DNA of 64,000 nucleotides, taken from positions 2,558,504-2,622,503 of the forward strand of contig OZ244068.1 in NCBI GenBank assembly GCA_965215615.1, read 5' to 3'. The translations under genes were made by a program, and so were the position numbers. Shown one piece after another: positions 36,468 through 45,697 of the stretch; within the stretch, counting starts at the first letter, position 1, and every line of letters starts with the position of its first letter. The DNA is from Vicinamibacteria bacterium. GTDB taxonomy: Bacteria; Acidobacteriota; Vicinamibacteria; Marinacidobacterales; Marinacidobacteraceae. The notes beneath the pieces are model-generated. The model searched no databases. It was not told the DNA's origin and worked only from the letters and a program-made list of their open reading frames with translations.

Positions 36468-37703
36468 ATGGACCCCATGGGAGACAAGCCGCCTATGGCA
36501 CGGGGTCGCCGGGAGGTTCTGGCCGGAATCGCCGGAGCGGGAATCGCCAAAATCGCCGGTGGGCAACCTCGTCCGCGAGCACCGGAGGATCCCACGAAGA
36601 TGCAGGGCCGGGTTCCGAGCCCGGTCGGCACGAGGTCTTCGTTCGAAACCCCGGAGCGGCTGGTGGGCAGTCTCGAACCGTCGTCCGCCTCGCGCACGCC
36701 GCTTTCCTATCTCCAGGGAGTCGTGACTCCGGCCGATCTCCATTTCGAGCGCCACCACGGCGGTGTCCCGAACATCGATCCGGAGCGCTGGGAGCTTCTC
36801 ATCCACGGGATGGTGGAAAGGCCGACCACCTTCCGGCTCGAGGATCTGAAGCGGTTTCCGGCCGAATCGCAGCTCCGGTTTCTCGAGTGCTCCGGAAACG
36901 GCGGGACGGCCTACCAGAACCGGGGCCGGCGACGCGGCATGAGCCCGCAACAAATGGACGGCCTCACCAGCACCAGCGAGTGGACCGGCGTTCCGCTCAA
37001 GCTGATCTTCCGGGAAGTGGGGGCGCTCCCGGAAGCGACCTGGTTTCTCGCGGAGGCCATGGATGCAGCGGTGATGACCCGCTCGATCCCCATGGAGAAG
37101 GCCTGGGACGACGCGATTCTCGCTTACGGCCAGAACGGCGAACCGCTGCGCCCCGAGCAGGGATACCCGGTCCGGCTGTTCCTGCCCGGCTGGGAGGGGA
37201 ACGCCTCGGTGAAATGGCTACGACGGCTCGAGCTTTCCGACCGGCCTTTCATGACCCGGGAAGAGACCTCGAAGTACACCGACCCGCTCCCCGGCGGCAA
37301 GGCGCGCATGTTCAGCTTCACCATGGACGCGAAATCCCTCATCACGTCGCCCGCCTGGCCCGAGCGGCTCGGCGGTCCCGGTTGGCGGGAGATTCGCGGA
37401 CTGGCCTGGACGGGGCGGGGCCGGATCACCCGGGTCGAAATCTCGACAGACGGCGGAGAGACCTGGGAGGATGCCGATCTCCAGGAGCCGGTGCTGCCGA
37501 AGTGCCACGTGCGCTTCCGGAAGATGTGGAACTGGCGTGGCGAGCAGGCGACGCTCGTGAGTCGCGCCACCGACGAGACCGGCTACCGGCAACCCACCCG
37601 GGCCGAACTCCACGCAGCGCGGGGTGACTATCCCCGCTACCACTACAACCAGCTCCGGCCCTGGCGGGTGGAGCCGGACGGGCAGGTCTTCTTTGTCGGG
37701 TAG
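36468..37703 (+). CDS. sorA: Sulfite-oxidase-family molybdopterin oxidoreductase (SorA-like sulfite dehydrogenase), Tat signal
   Basis: Tat motif ARGRREVLAGIAG. Molybdopterin-binding region (…FLECSGNGG…) with the conserved Cys, and a C-terminal dimerisation domain. The start is ambiguous (36468 to 36495). Confidence 0.7.
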   Translation: MDPMGDKPPMARGRREVLAGIAGAGIAKIAGGQPRPRAPEDPTKMQGRVPSPVGTRSSFETPERLVGSLEPSSASRTPLSYLQGVVTPADLHFERHHGGVPNIDPERWELLIHGMVERPTTFRLEDLKRFPAESQLRFLECSGNGGTAYQNRGRRRGMSPQQMDGLTSTSEWTGVPLKLIFREVGALPEATWFLAEAMDAAVMTRSIPMEKAWDDAILAYGQNGEPLRPEQGYPVRLFLPGWEGNASVKWLRRLELSDRPFMTREETSKYTDPLPGGKARMFSFTMDAKSLITSPAWPERLGGPGWREIRGLAWTGRGRITRVEISTDGGETWEDADLQEPVLPKCHVRFRKMWNWRGEQATLVSRATDETGYRQPTRAELHAARGDYPRYHYNQLRPWRVEPDGQVFFVG

Positions 37704-38385
37704 GTCGGCACCGTCGCTGGTCCTGCTGCTGATCGCCTGCTCGGGAGCACCGGAGGCCACCGAAGAAGAGCCTCCGCCGCGGAGAACGCTCCCCGAGCCG
37801 GCACTCCACCCGGCGATGCCCGGACTTTTGACTGCCGGGGAGCGGGCCGCGCTCGACGAAAGCCGGAAGCGGGCGCTCGACTCGCTCGCCGGGGTCCCCG
37901 AATTCGGCTTCGGCGAACCGGCGACCCCGGAACGGATCGCGCTCTGGGATATCGAGATCGGCCCCGATGGCACCGGGCTGCCCCCCGGTTCGGGAAGCGT
38001 CGAACGCGGCCAGGATCTCTACCGGCTGCAGTGCGTCCAGTGCCACGGGCTCCGCGGCGAGGGGGCGGAGTTCGAAGCGCTGGCCGGCAGAACTCCGGAA
38101 GACCGATTCCCCTTTTCTGAGGATCGGCGCTGGCCGATCACGGTAGGCAGCTACTGGCCCTACGCGACGACGCTTTTCGACTATATCCGGCGCGCCATGC
38201 CGCAGGCTGCACCGGGGACGCTCCCCGCTCAGGATGTCTATGCGCTGACCGCCTTCATCCTCCATCTGAACGGAATCCTGTCGGCCGGGGACGTTCTCGA
38301 CCAGGACTCCCTGCCCCGGATCGTCATGCCGGCCCGCGACCGCTTCGTCCGCGACGACCGCCGGGGCGGGCCGGAGGTGCGGTAG
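37693..38385 (+). CDS. sorB: Cytochrome c (SorB-like), lipoprotein-type signal
   Basis: Single haem-binding motif CVQCHG. Proposed TTG start gives MSGRSAPSLVLLLIACSG (lipobox) and overlaps the sorA end. The ORF-track ATG at 37624 is an alternative. Confidence 0.55.
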   Translation: MSGRSAPSLVLLLIACSGAPEATEEEPPPRRTLPEPALHPAMPGLLTAGERAALDESRKRALDSLAGVPEFGFGEPATPERIALWDIEIGPDGTGLPPGSGSVERGQDLYRLQCVQCHGLRGEGAEFEALAGRTPEDRFPFSEDRRWPITVGSYWPYATTLFDYIRRAMPQAAPGTLPAQDVYALTAFILHLNGILSAGDVLDQDSLPRIVMPARDRFVRDDRRGGPEVR

Positions 38386-38397
38386 CGGGGGGCGGCC

Positions 38398-39270
38398 ATG
38401 ATTCGAACTCTCGTCAACGTGGACGGGCAGATCGGGCCGGCTTCCGGGGCGTGGATCCGGCCGACGGATCGCGGTTTCCTCTATGGGGAGGCGGTGTACG
38501 AAAACCTCCGGACCTATGGGGGCAAACCTTTTCTGCTGGGCCGGCACCTGGAGCGGCTCCGCCGTTCGGCGGCCTTCCTCGGGGTCGAAATCCCGGCATC
38601 CGACGGGGAGATCGCCGAGCGCATCCGGAAGACCCGGGATGCCGTGGAGGACGGGGACGATGTCTCGCTCCGGCTGATCCTGACCGCCGGCCCGCCCGAA
38701 GGCGGCCCGTCGCTCGTGATCCTGGTCCGGCGGCTCGCGTCGCCGTCCCCGGAGGCGTTCCGGGAAGGAGTGGGCGTGTTGCTCTCCGACTGGATTCGGG
38801 CGACCCCTTTCGGGATCCCGGCGCATGTGAAGACGACGAACCTGCTCGGAGGGCAACGCGCGGTCCGCGAAGCAAAGGCTCTCGGGGCCGAAGAAGCCAT
38901 CCTCCGCGACACCCGCGGACGACTCGCCGAAGGAGCCACCTCGAACCTTTTTCTCGTTTCCGGCGGAACAGTTCGCACTCCCGCCGCCGAGGGGGACCTC
39001 CTCCCCGGCATCACCCGCGAACTCACCCTGAACGTCCTCGACGAACTCGCGATCCCCTGCGAAGAAACGGATCTCCCGGGAGATGCTCTTGCTTCCGCTG
39101 ACGAAGCGTTCCTGACCTCGTCGTCACGCGAGGTGCTCCCGATCGCCTGGTGGACATCCGGCGACGGCATCCGGGCTCCGGTCGGGAGCGGCCGGCCCGG
39201 CCCGCAGACGCTCGCGGCTCTGGCCGGATATCGCGCAGCGCTCGGCCGGATCCTCGCGAAAGGCGGGTGA
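38398..39270 (+). CDS. Aminotransferase class IV (branched-chain amino-acid aminotransferase / 4-amino-4-deoxychorismate lyase family)
   Basis: 290 aa with fold-type IV PLP-enzyme motifs (…RHLERLRRSA…, …EGATSNLF…, …GITR…). Confidence 0.7.
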   Translation: MIRTLVNVDGQIGPASGAWIRPTDRGFLYGEAVYENLRTYGGKPFLLGRHLERLRRSAAFLGVEIPASDGEIAERIRKTRDAVEDGDDVSLRLILTAGPPEGGPSLVILVRRLASPSPEAFREGVGVLLSDWIRATPFGIPAHVKTTNLLGGQRAVREAKALGAEEAILRDTRGRLAEGATSNLFLVSGGTVRTPAAEGDLLPGITRELTLNVLDELAIPCEETDLPGDALASADEAFLTSSSREVLPIAWWTSGDGIRAPVGSGRPGPQTLAALAGYRAALGRILAKGG

Positions 39271-39298
39271 TATCTTCCGGGGCCGGGAGAAAACGACC

Positions 39299-39706
39299 AT
39301 GAAACAGATTCTCAGCCAGTATTCGGACTATTCGTATGCGCTCCTACGCATCGTGGCCGGCTTCCTGTTCTTTCTGCACGGTGCCCAGAAATTCGGCTGG
39401 ATCGGGGATCGCGTCCCCGCGAACATCGCCTCGCTCATCGGGATCGCCGGCCTCATCGAGATCGTCGCCGGAGCGGCGATCCTCATCGGCCTCTTCACCG
39501 GCATCGCCGCGTTCCTTTCGTCCGGCATGATGGCGGTGGCGTATTTCATGGTGCACTTCCCGACCGGTCTCTGGCCGCTCCAGCGCGTGGAGGGGGTCGG
39601 CAGCGGCGGCGAACTCGCCCTGGTCTATTGCTTCCTGTTCTTCTTCATCGCGATGAAGGGCAGCGGGAGGTGGAGCGTGGACGACATGGTTTTGACGGAG
39701 GACTAA
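39299..39706 (+). CDS. DoxX-family membrane protein
   Basis: …YALLRIVAGFLFFLHGAQKF… DoxX signature; four TM helices. Confidence 0.75.
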   Translation: MKQILSQYSDYSYALLRIVAGFLFFLHGAQKFGWIGDRVPANIASLIGIAGLIEIVAGAAILIGLFTGIAAFLSSGMMAVAYFMVHFPTGLWPLQRVEGVGSGGELALVYCFLFFFIAMKGSGRWSVDDMVLTED

Positions 39707-39738
39707 CAAAAATCTGTGGCTATGGCTACAATTAGCGG

Positions 39739-40137
39739 ATGCGCACCGTCCCCGCCGGAAAGTTCAAGGACACCTGCCTGAAGACCCTCGACCAGGTCGC
39801 GACTGATCGAAAACCGGTCGTCATCACCAAGTGGGGCCGCCCGGTGGCCCGGCTGGTTCCGGTTCCCGAGCCCACCGCCGACCGTGTCCAGGAACCCATG
39901 GCGGACTCCGGGAACGAAACCTCAGCCACCGACCGTCTCCGCGCGGCCGCCGAGGCGCGCGGCATGACCCCCGAAACGCTGCTCGACGAGATGCTGAACG
40001 CCTACACGCGCCCCCGGATCACTCGGGAAATGGCCGAACGGGCGATGAAAGTCAAGGGGTATGCCGGAGGCGGCGGCAACCTCGCCGAGAACCACGACGA
40101 GGAATACGCGCTGGCAATCGAGGAGCGGTGGAAGTGA
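39739..40137 (+). CDS. Phd/YefM-family type II antitoxin
   Basis: …KFKDTCLKTLDQVATDRKPVVITKWGRPVARLVPV… N-terminal Phd fold. Stop overlaps the VapC start (GTGA). Confidence 0.65.
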   Translation: MRTVPAGKFKDTCLKTLDQVATDRKPVVITKWGRPVARLVPVPEPTADRVQEPMADSGNETSATDRLRAAAEARGMTPETLLDEMLNAYTRPRITREMAERAMKVKGYAGGGGNLAENHDEEYALAIEERWK

Positions 40138-40568
40138 CGCTTCCGGTATTCGTGGACGCGTCCGCGCTCATGAGTCTCTTCGACAAGGAGGACGAGCGGC
40201 ACGAGGAGGCTCGCCGAACCTGGCGGCAACTGGTGAGGGGCTCCGTCATCAGCACCCGGGACCTCGTCACGCATCACGAGGTGGTCGCGAAATCGAGCGC
40301 CTTGCTGGCCCGCCGGTTCGGCTTCGAGGCCCAGCGGGATCTCTTCGAGAAACTCCTGCCGGTGGTGCGGATCGTCTGGATCACCGAAGAACTCCACGAA
40401 CGGGCCCGGGCGGCGTTCCTCGCCGAATCCCGGAGGAAATTCTCCTTCGTGGACTGCCTCTCCTTCGAGGTGATGCGCTCCGAACGAATCCATCACGCGT
40501 TCGCCTACGACCGGCACTTCAGCGAAAACGGATTCCCCCCGCCGCCGGAATCGGAAACAGCATCTTGA
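40134..40568 (+). CDS. vapC: VapC-family PIN-domain toxin
   Basis: GTG start. VFVDASALMSLF… and …FVDCLSFEVM… carry PIN acidic residues. Confidence 0.75.
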   Translation: MTLPVFVDASALMSLFDKEDERHEEARRTWRQLVRGSVISTRDLVTHHEVVAKSSALLARRFGFEAQRDLFEKLLPVVRIVWITEELHERARAAFLAESRRKFSFVDCLSFEVMRSERIHHAFAYDRHFSENGFPPPPESETAS

Positions 40569-41029
40569 AGACGCTCTACCTCGCGAATCCCTACGGGTTC
40601 TCCGGACAGCAGCGGGCCGGGCCGCTCCCGGAGCTGGTCCGGGCACTCGAGGCACTCGGGGCGGAGGTCTGGGAGCCCTTCGCCCGCAACAACCAGATCA
40701 ACCGGGCAGAGTCCGGCTGGGCCTACCGGATCGGCCGGGCGGATCTCCGCGATGTCCGCGATGCCGACGGCATCTTCGCGGTGGTGAACGGCTGCCCGCC
40801 CGACGAGGGAGTGATGGTCGAGCTGGGCATGGCGATCGCCTGGGAGAAGCCGGTCTTCCTGTTCCGCGACGACTTCCGGCGCTCCACCGACAGCGAGGAA
40901 TACCCGCTGAACCTGATGCTCTTCACCGGGCTTCCGGAGCGCGATTGGCGGGATTTCTGGTACGAATCGGTTGCCGAACTGGCCGACCCGAAGAAGGCTC
41001 TGACCCGCTGGCTCCGGGAAGCGGACTGA
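40565..41029 (+). CDS. Nucleoside 2-deoxyribosyltransferase-like protein
   Basis: Proposed TTG start overlapping the vapC stop. MKTLYLANPYGFS… is typical of the N-deoxyribosyltransferase family; …VNGCPPDEGVMVELGMA… matches its conserved Glu region. Confidence 0.5.
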   Translation: MKTLYLANPYGFSGQQRAGPLPELVRALEALGAEVWEPFARNNQINRAESGWAYRIGRADLRDVRDADGIFAVVNGCPPDEGVMVELGMAIAWEKPVFLFRDDFRRSTDSEEYPLNLMLFTGLPERDWRDFWYESVAELADPKKALTRWLREAD

Positions 41030-41030
41030 G

Positions 41031-41840
41031 TCAGGCGAGCGCGAGAAACCCGTCGAACACCCGGGTGACCGGCCCCTCCATGACCGGGGCATCGCCCGAG
41101 AGGTCTATGTGGACGAGTTCGCCGCTCTCCATCCGGACCAGGACCGCTTCGGGCCAGCCGAAGAACTGGTGGGCCACCGTCACCACCGCGGTCGCCCCGG
41201 TTCCGCAGGCGAGACACTCGGCTTCGACACCGCGCTCGTAGGTCCGGAGCCGAATCTCCCCGGCCGCTTCGTCGAGCGCGATGAAGTTCGCGTTCGCCCC
41301 CTTCGGAAACGCCGGGTCGCGGCGGATCGCCCGGCCGCGAGCGATCACATCCACCTCCCGGACCGACTCCACCACCTCGATGGCGTGGGGAACCCCCACC
41401 TCCAGCGCGAAGAGATCCGCTTCGCCACCGGGGATTCCGGAGAGGCGGACCCGGCGCACCGGGGTCGGCTGCGCCATCACCACCCGCGCCGAAGCACCAC
41501 CCGAAAGCACCTCGGCGGAAAGCACCCCGGCCGGAGTCACGAGCCGCTGCCGGTCGTGAGCCGCGCCGATCTCCCGGGCGAACACCGCCGCGCAGCGGGT
41601 TCCGTTGCCGCAGAGCTCGCCCTCGCTCCCGTCGGCGTTGTAGTACCGCATCCGGTAGTCCGCGGAGCCCTCGCCGGGTTCGATCAGGATCAGCCCGTCG
41701 GCCCCGATATCCAGCTTCCGCCGGGTCACCCGCCGGGCGAAATCCGCCTTTGCCGGCTCGGTGAGAACCCCCTCGCGGTTGTCCACGAGGACGAAGTCGT
41801 TCCCCGCCCCCTGCATCTTCACGAAGCGAATCTGGTTCAT
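41031..41840 (-). CDS. dapF: Diaminopimelate epimerase
   Basis: 269 aa. MNQIRFVKMQGAGNDFVLVD… and …GNGTRCAA… (active-site Cys73-like) and …ACGTGA… (second Cys). The ORF-track frame extending to 43016 is rejected. Confidence 0.85.
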   Translation of the reverse strand: MNQIRFVKMQGAGNDFVLVDNREGVLTEPAKADFARRVTRRKLDIGADGLILIEPGEGSADYRMRYYNADGSEGELCGNGTRCAAVFAREIGAAHDRQRLVTPAGVLSAEVLSGGASARVVMAQPTPVRRVRLSGIPGGEADLFALEVGVPHAIEVVESVREVDVIARGRAIRRDPAFPKGANANFIALDEAAGEIRLRTYERGVEAECLACGTGATAVVTVAHQFFGWPEAVLVRMESGELVHIDLSGDAPVMEGPVTRVFDGFLALA

Positions 41841-44065
41841 GGTCGAATCCTGGCTACGGCCTCTTCCCGGGGGATCACCGTCCCGATGCGGGCCACCGGG
41901 ACTCCGGCGGCTTCGAGCGCCCCGAGATACCGCGTCTCCGCCTCGCCCGATGCGCCGACCAGCAGGCCGCCGGCAGTCTGGGGATCGAAGAGCAGCTCGA
42001 AGCGGGGATGCTTTTCCGCTCCACCTTCCGCGGTGATCGCACGGATCACCTTGCGGTTTTGCGGGTGGGCGGTGCTCCGGAGACCGCCCGCGAGCAGCGC
42101 CTCCGCGCCCGGAAGCGCGGGAAGCGCGCCGGCTTCGATCTCCGCCGAAACTTCGCTCGCCCGGAGCATCTCGGCCAGATGGTTCATCAGCCCGAACCCG
42201 GTGACATCGGTCGCGGCGGCGAGTCCGGCATCCACGGCGGTGCGGGCGGCGACGGCGTTCGGATCCTCCATCTGCGAAGTCGCAGCGGAGAGCCACGCCC
42301 CGCGCCCCTGCCCCAGCATGATGCCGCGCAGTACGACCCCGGTCCCGAGGCGCTTGGTCAGGTAGAGGCCGTCGCCGGGACGAAGGCCGCCGAGGGTCAG
42401 GAGCCGATCCCCGATGGGATGGCCTTCCACCGAAAAGCCCACGGTGAGCTCCGGCCCCACCGTGGTGTGCCCGCCGAGCAGCGCCACCCCGAGCGAATCG
42501 AAGAGCGAACGCGCCCCGGCGAGGACTTGAAAGAGCGTCTCCTCCTGCTGCTCCGGAGTCTCGTCGGCGGGAAGGTTGACGAGCGCATTCGCGTAGCGGG
42601 GTTCCGCGCCGGTCGCAAAGAGATCGGAAAGCGCGTTCGCCGCCGCAGCCCGCCCCATCAGCCAGCGGTCGCCGCGGAACGCCCGGAACCAGTCCACGCT
42701 CGTGACCACCAGGTCGCCCTTCGGAGTCCGGAACGCCGCCGCATCGTCCGGAGCGTCGAGACCGAGCTCCACTCCGACAGACGCACCCGGCCCGATTTCC
42801 TCCGAAAGACGCGAGAGCGCCCGGTCGAGGGTGGTCTGGCCGGCCTTCGCCGCGCAGCCTCCGCAGACCATCGAGGCCATTTCCGACCGATCCATCGCCG
42901 CGAACTCGCCAGCGGGTTCGCCCGCCTCGTCGAGAACCTGGAATTTCTCCATGAACTTCCGGTCGATCCGGTCCTTGAGCCGCATGATCCGGGTTCCGCC
43001 GAACGAAAGGCCCCACTTGGCCCCGAGTGCAGTTCCATCTCCGAGGTTCAGCAGCGTCAGGAAATCGCTCTGCGGCCGGTAGCTGCGGAGCGGCTTTCCG
43101 GCGACGATCCGCCGCAGGTTTTCGGCGACGAAGGGCCCCTGGCGCACCGCATAGACCCCCGCCTTCGGGGTCTTCGGCCAGTCCTCGAGCGTCGCGCAGT
43201 CGCCCACCGCGAAGATGTGGTCGTCGCCCTTCGTCTGGAGCGTCGGCCGGGTGAGCACGAAGCCGCGCCCGTCGAGCGGCAGTCCCGAGCCCTCGAAAAG
43301 GCCGTGACTCCCCGCCCCCACCGCCCAGACGAGGGTGTCTGCCGGGATTTCCTCACCCCCCCGAAGCTCCACGGCCGTCCCGGTGGCGCGGCGCACCTCG
43401 ACCCCGGTGCGAATCCGGATGCCACGCGCCTCCGCCGCCCGCCGGGCGCGCTTCGCGAGCGACGCGGGAAACCCGGGAAGGATCTCCGGGAGCGCCTGGA
43501 GCAGGGTGACCCGGAGCGGCAGATCCCCCTCCCGAAGAAGCCGCTCGCGGATCGTGAACGCGAGCTCCACTCCCCCGGCACCACCACCGGCGATCACCAC
43601 CTCGAAAGGCTCCTTCTTGCCGGAAAGGTAGTTGTGCGAAAGCGTCTCGATCTCACGCACCAGCCGCGAGATCGGCCGGGTCGCGACCGCGTGTTCGCGG
43701 ATCCCCGGCAGATCGAGCCCCGCCACCGTGCTCCCGACATCGAAGCTCACGAAGTCGTAGGCGAGCGGTGCCCGATTCTCGAAGAGCACCCGCCGGCGAA
43801 CCGGATCCACCCCGGTCGCCGGGCAGAGGATCACCTCCGCCCCGGCGAGAGCCGCGAGCGGGACCACGTCTATTTCGAGTTCGGAAGCCCGGTATTGCCC
43901 GGCGACGAACCCGGGAACCATCCCCGAATAGACGGCAACCGGAACATCGAGAACGACCGTCACCCGGGCCTCGCGCCAGGGGCGCATCATCATTCCCCGC
44001 AGCACCTGGACGTGCGAGTGCCCGCCGCCGACCAGTACGACGTGCGGCGCGTTCTCCGATTCCAT
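41837..44065 (-). CDS. selD: Fusion protein: NADH-dehydrogenase-like FAD/NAD(P)-binding oxidoreductase (N-terminal) + selenide, water dikinase SelD (C-terminal, Cys form)
   Basis: N-terminal VVLVGGGHSH…IAGGGAGGVELA (two Rossmann GxGxxG). C-terminal …MVCGGCAAKAG… (SelD Cys motif) and AIR-synthase-related fold motifs (…DAAAF…, …ALLGGHTT…). Start overlaps the dapF stop (ATGA). Confidence 0.75.
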   Translation of the reverse strand: MESENAPHVVLVGGGHSHVQVLRGMMMRPWREARVTVVLDVPVAVYSGMVPGFVAGQYRASELEIDVVPLAALAGAEVILCPATGVDPVRRRVLFENRAPLAYDFVSFDVGSTVAGLDLPGIREHAVATRPISRLVREIETLSHNYLSGKKEPFEVVIAGGGAGGVELAFTIRERLLREGDLPLRVTLLQALPEILPGFPASLAKRARRAAEARGIRIRTGVEVRRATGTAVELRGGEEIPADTLVWAVGAGSHGLFEGSGLPLDGRGFVLTRPTLQTKGDDHIFAVGDCATLEDWPKTPKAGVYAVRQGPFVAENLRRIVAGKPLRSYRPQSDFLTLLNLGDGTALGAKWGLSFGGTRIMRLKDRIDRKFMEKFQVLDEAGEPAGEFAAMDRSEMASMVCGGCAAKAGQTTLDRALSRLSEEIGPGASVGVELGLDAPDDAAAFRTPKGDLVVTSVDWFRAFRGDRWLMGRAAAANALSDLFATGAEPRYANALVNLPADETPEQQEETLFQVLAGARSLFDSLGVALLGGHTTVGPELTVGFSVEGHPIGDRLLTLGGLRPGDGLYLTKRLGTGVVLRGIMLGQGRGAWLSAATSQMEDPNAVAARTAVDAGLAAATDVTGFGLMNHLAEMLRASEVSAEIEAGALPALPGAEALLAGGLRSTAHPQNRKVIRAITAEGGAEKHPRFELLFDPQTAGGLLVGASGEAETRYLGALEAAGVPVARIGTVIPREEAVARIRP

Positions 44066-44130
44066 ACCTCCGAAACTAGCATCCCGCCTCCCCCTCGTCC
44101 ATACAATCCCGGCAGCCGGGAGGTACAGCC

Positions 44131-45696
44131 ATGCGGCGCACAACCACCATCGGACTCGCCGTTCTGACGGCGCTCCTCGCCGCTTGCGGAGGCGGAGAGG
44201 AGCCGTTCGAGGAGCAACCCTGCGGAGAGGGCATGAGCCTGAACGAATGCCTCGTCTTCCGGGCGGCCCAATACGAGATCCCGACCGAGCGCGTTCCGCC
44301 GCCCGGCGGGATGGACCCCGACCTCTGGATCGAGCACGAGGCTGCCGGCTTCGCCAAGGTGCTCTGTTCGGCGGTGTTCCTGACCGGACTCGAGTTCGAG
44401 GACGCGCAGGAGCAGATCGGCGGATTCACCTCCCGCTACGCCTACCGCGACCGGCTCACCGGGCGCGAGATCGATATGGAGAACCAGCGGATCCACATCA
44501 CGACCGACACCGGGGTGACCCGCACCGCCATGCTCCACGGCGACCAGGGCTGCGTGAGCCTGCCGAAGGGCGAGGACGCGCCGTTCTACGAGACGGTTCC
44601 GGTGACCTCGATGGTGGACATGGATGCCCCGTGGCCGATGGGAGACATGCTCCCGGACGAGCCGCTCCCCGAGGACGTGGACGCGGAAATGCTCGAAGCG
44701 GCGCTGGACGCGGCCTTCGAGCCGGATGCCATGACCCTCGCCTTCGTGGTGCTCCACCGCGGGCGGCTCGTCGCCGAGCGCTACCGGGAGGAGAGCGGCA
44801 TCACCAAGGACACCCCGCTCGAAAGCTGGTCCATGAACAAGAGCCTCTCGGCGACGCTGCTCGGCATCCTCATCCAGCAGGGGGTCTATAGCCTCGACCA
44901 GCCCGCCCCGATCGCTTCGTGGCACGAAGATCCGGAGGACGTGCGCGGGACCATCCGCATCCGCGACATCCTGAACATGTCGAGCGGCCTCCGCTGCGTG
45001 AACGCCGGCGATCCGGAATACGACGAGGCCGCGCACGGCTACCCGGACCACCTCTATCTCTACACCGGGACGGTGGATTCGCACATCTGGGCCACCGAGC
45101 GGCCGGCGCAGTGGCCACCGGGCGTGATCGGCCGCTACCGCAACTGCGACCCGGTGCTCACCAACCACATCGTGCGGATGGGCGTCGAAGGCCGGAACGA
45201 GAACTACCACCAGTTCGCGCAGACCCACCTGTTCGACAGGATCGGCGTGGCCCGGTTCGTCGCCGAAGCCGACCCCTACGGCAACTTCCTGCTGAACGGC
45301 TACGGCTTCGGCAGCGGACGGGCCTGGGCGCGGCTCGGCCAGCTCTACCTCGACGGCGGCATGGCCCCGAACGGCGAGCGGGTGCTCTCCGAGGAGTTCG
45401 TCCGGTTCGCGACTTCGGTGGCCCCTTCGTGGGAGAACGACGGACGGCCGATCTACGGCGGCCTGATCTGGATCAACAACCCGCCGCGCGGCGGGGAGAA
45501 GCGCTTCCCGGCGCTGCCGAACAGCAGTTACAGCTTCGCCGGCGCGGGCGGCCAGAGCACCATCATCGTTCCCGAACACGACATGGTCATCGCCCGGCTC
45601 GGGCTTTACCAGGGTTCGCTCGACGGGAGCGCGAACCGCGCCCTTCAGAACGCGCTTGGCCTCCTGGTCGAGGCCATTCCGGAGAACACCAACTGA
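44131..45696 (+). CDS. Serine hydrolase, beta-lactamase/transpeptidase-like fold, lipoprotein
   Basis: LTALLAACGG lipobox. SxxK-like …SWSMNKS… and a downstream …YxN…-type region. Confidence 0.6.
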   Translation: MRRTTTIGLAVLTALLAACGGGEEPFEEQPCGEGMSLNECLVFRAAQYEIPTERVPPPGGMDPDLWIEHEAAGFAKVLCSAVFLTGLEFEDAQEQIGGFTSRYAYRDRLTGREIDMENQRIHITTDTGVTRTAMLHGDQGCVSLPKGEDAPFYETVPVTSMVDMDAPWPMGDMLPDEPLPEDVDAEMLEAALDAAFEPDAMTLAFVVLHRGRLVAERYREESGITKDTPLESWSMNKSLSATLLGILIQQGVYSLDQPAPIASWHEDPEDVRGTIRIRDILNMSSGLRCVNAGDPEYDEAAHGYPDHLYLYTGTVDSHIWATERPAQWPPGVIGRYRNCDPVLTNHIVRMGVEGRNENYHQFAQTHLFDRIGVARFVAEADPYGNFLLNGYGFGSGRAWARLGQLYLDGGMAPNGERVLSEEFVRFATSVAPSWENDGRPIYGGLIWINNPPRGGEKRFPALPNSSYSFAGAGGQSTIIVPEHDMVIARLGLYQGSLDGSANRALQNALGLLVEAIPENTN

Positions 45697-45697
45697 C

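Noticed and set aside
41031-43016. 661-aa ORF (dapF frame extended far upstream) and 17939..20092 (717-aa ORF across Uma2 copies B and C)
   Set aside because: The N-terminal extensions are Arg/Gly-rich off-frame translations of the neighbouring genes. The true starts were placed at the conserved Met residues.
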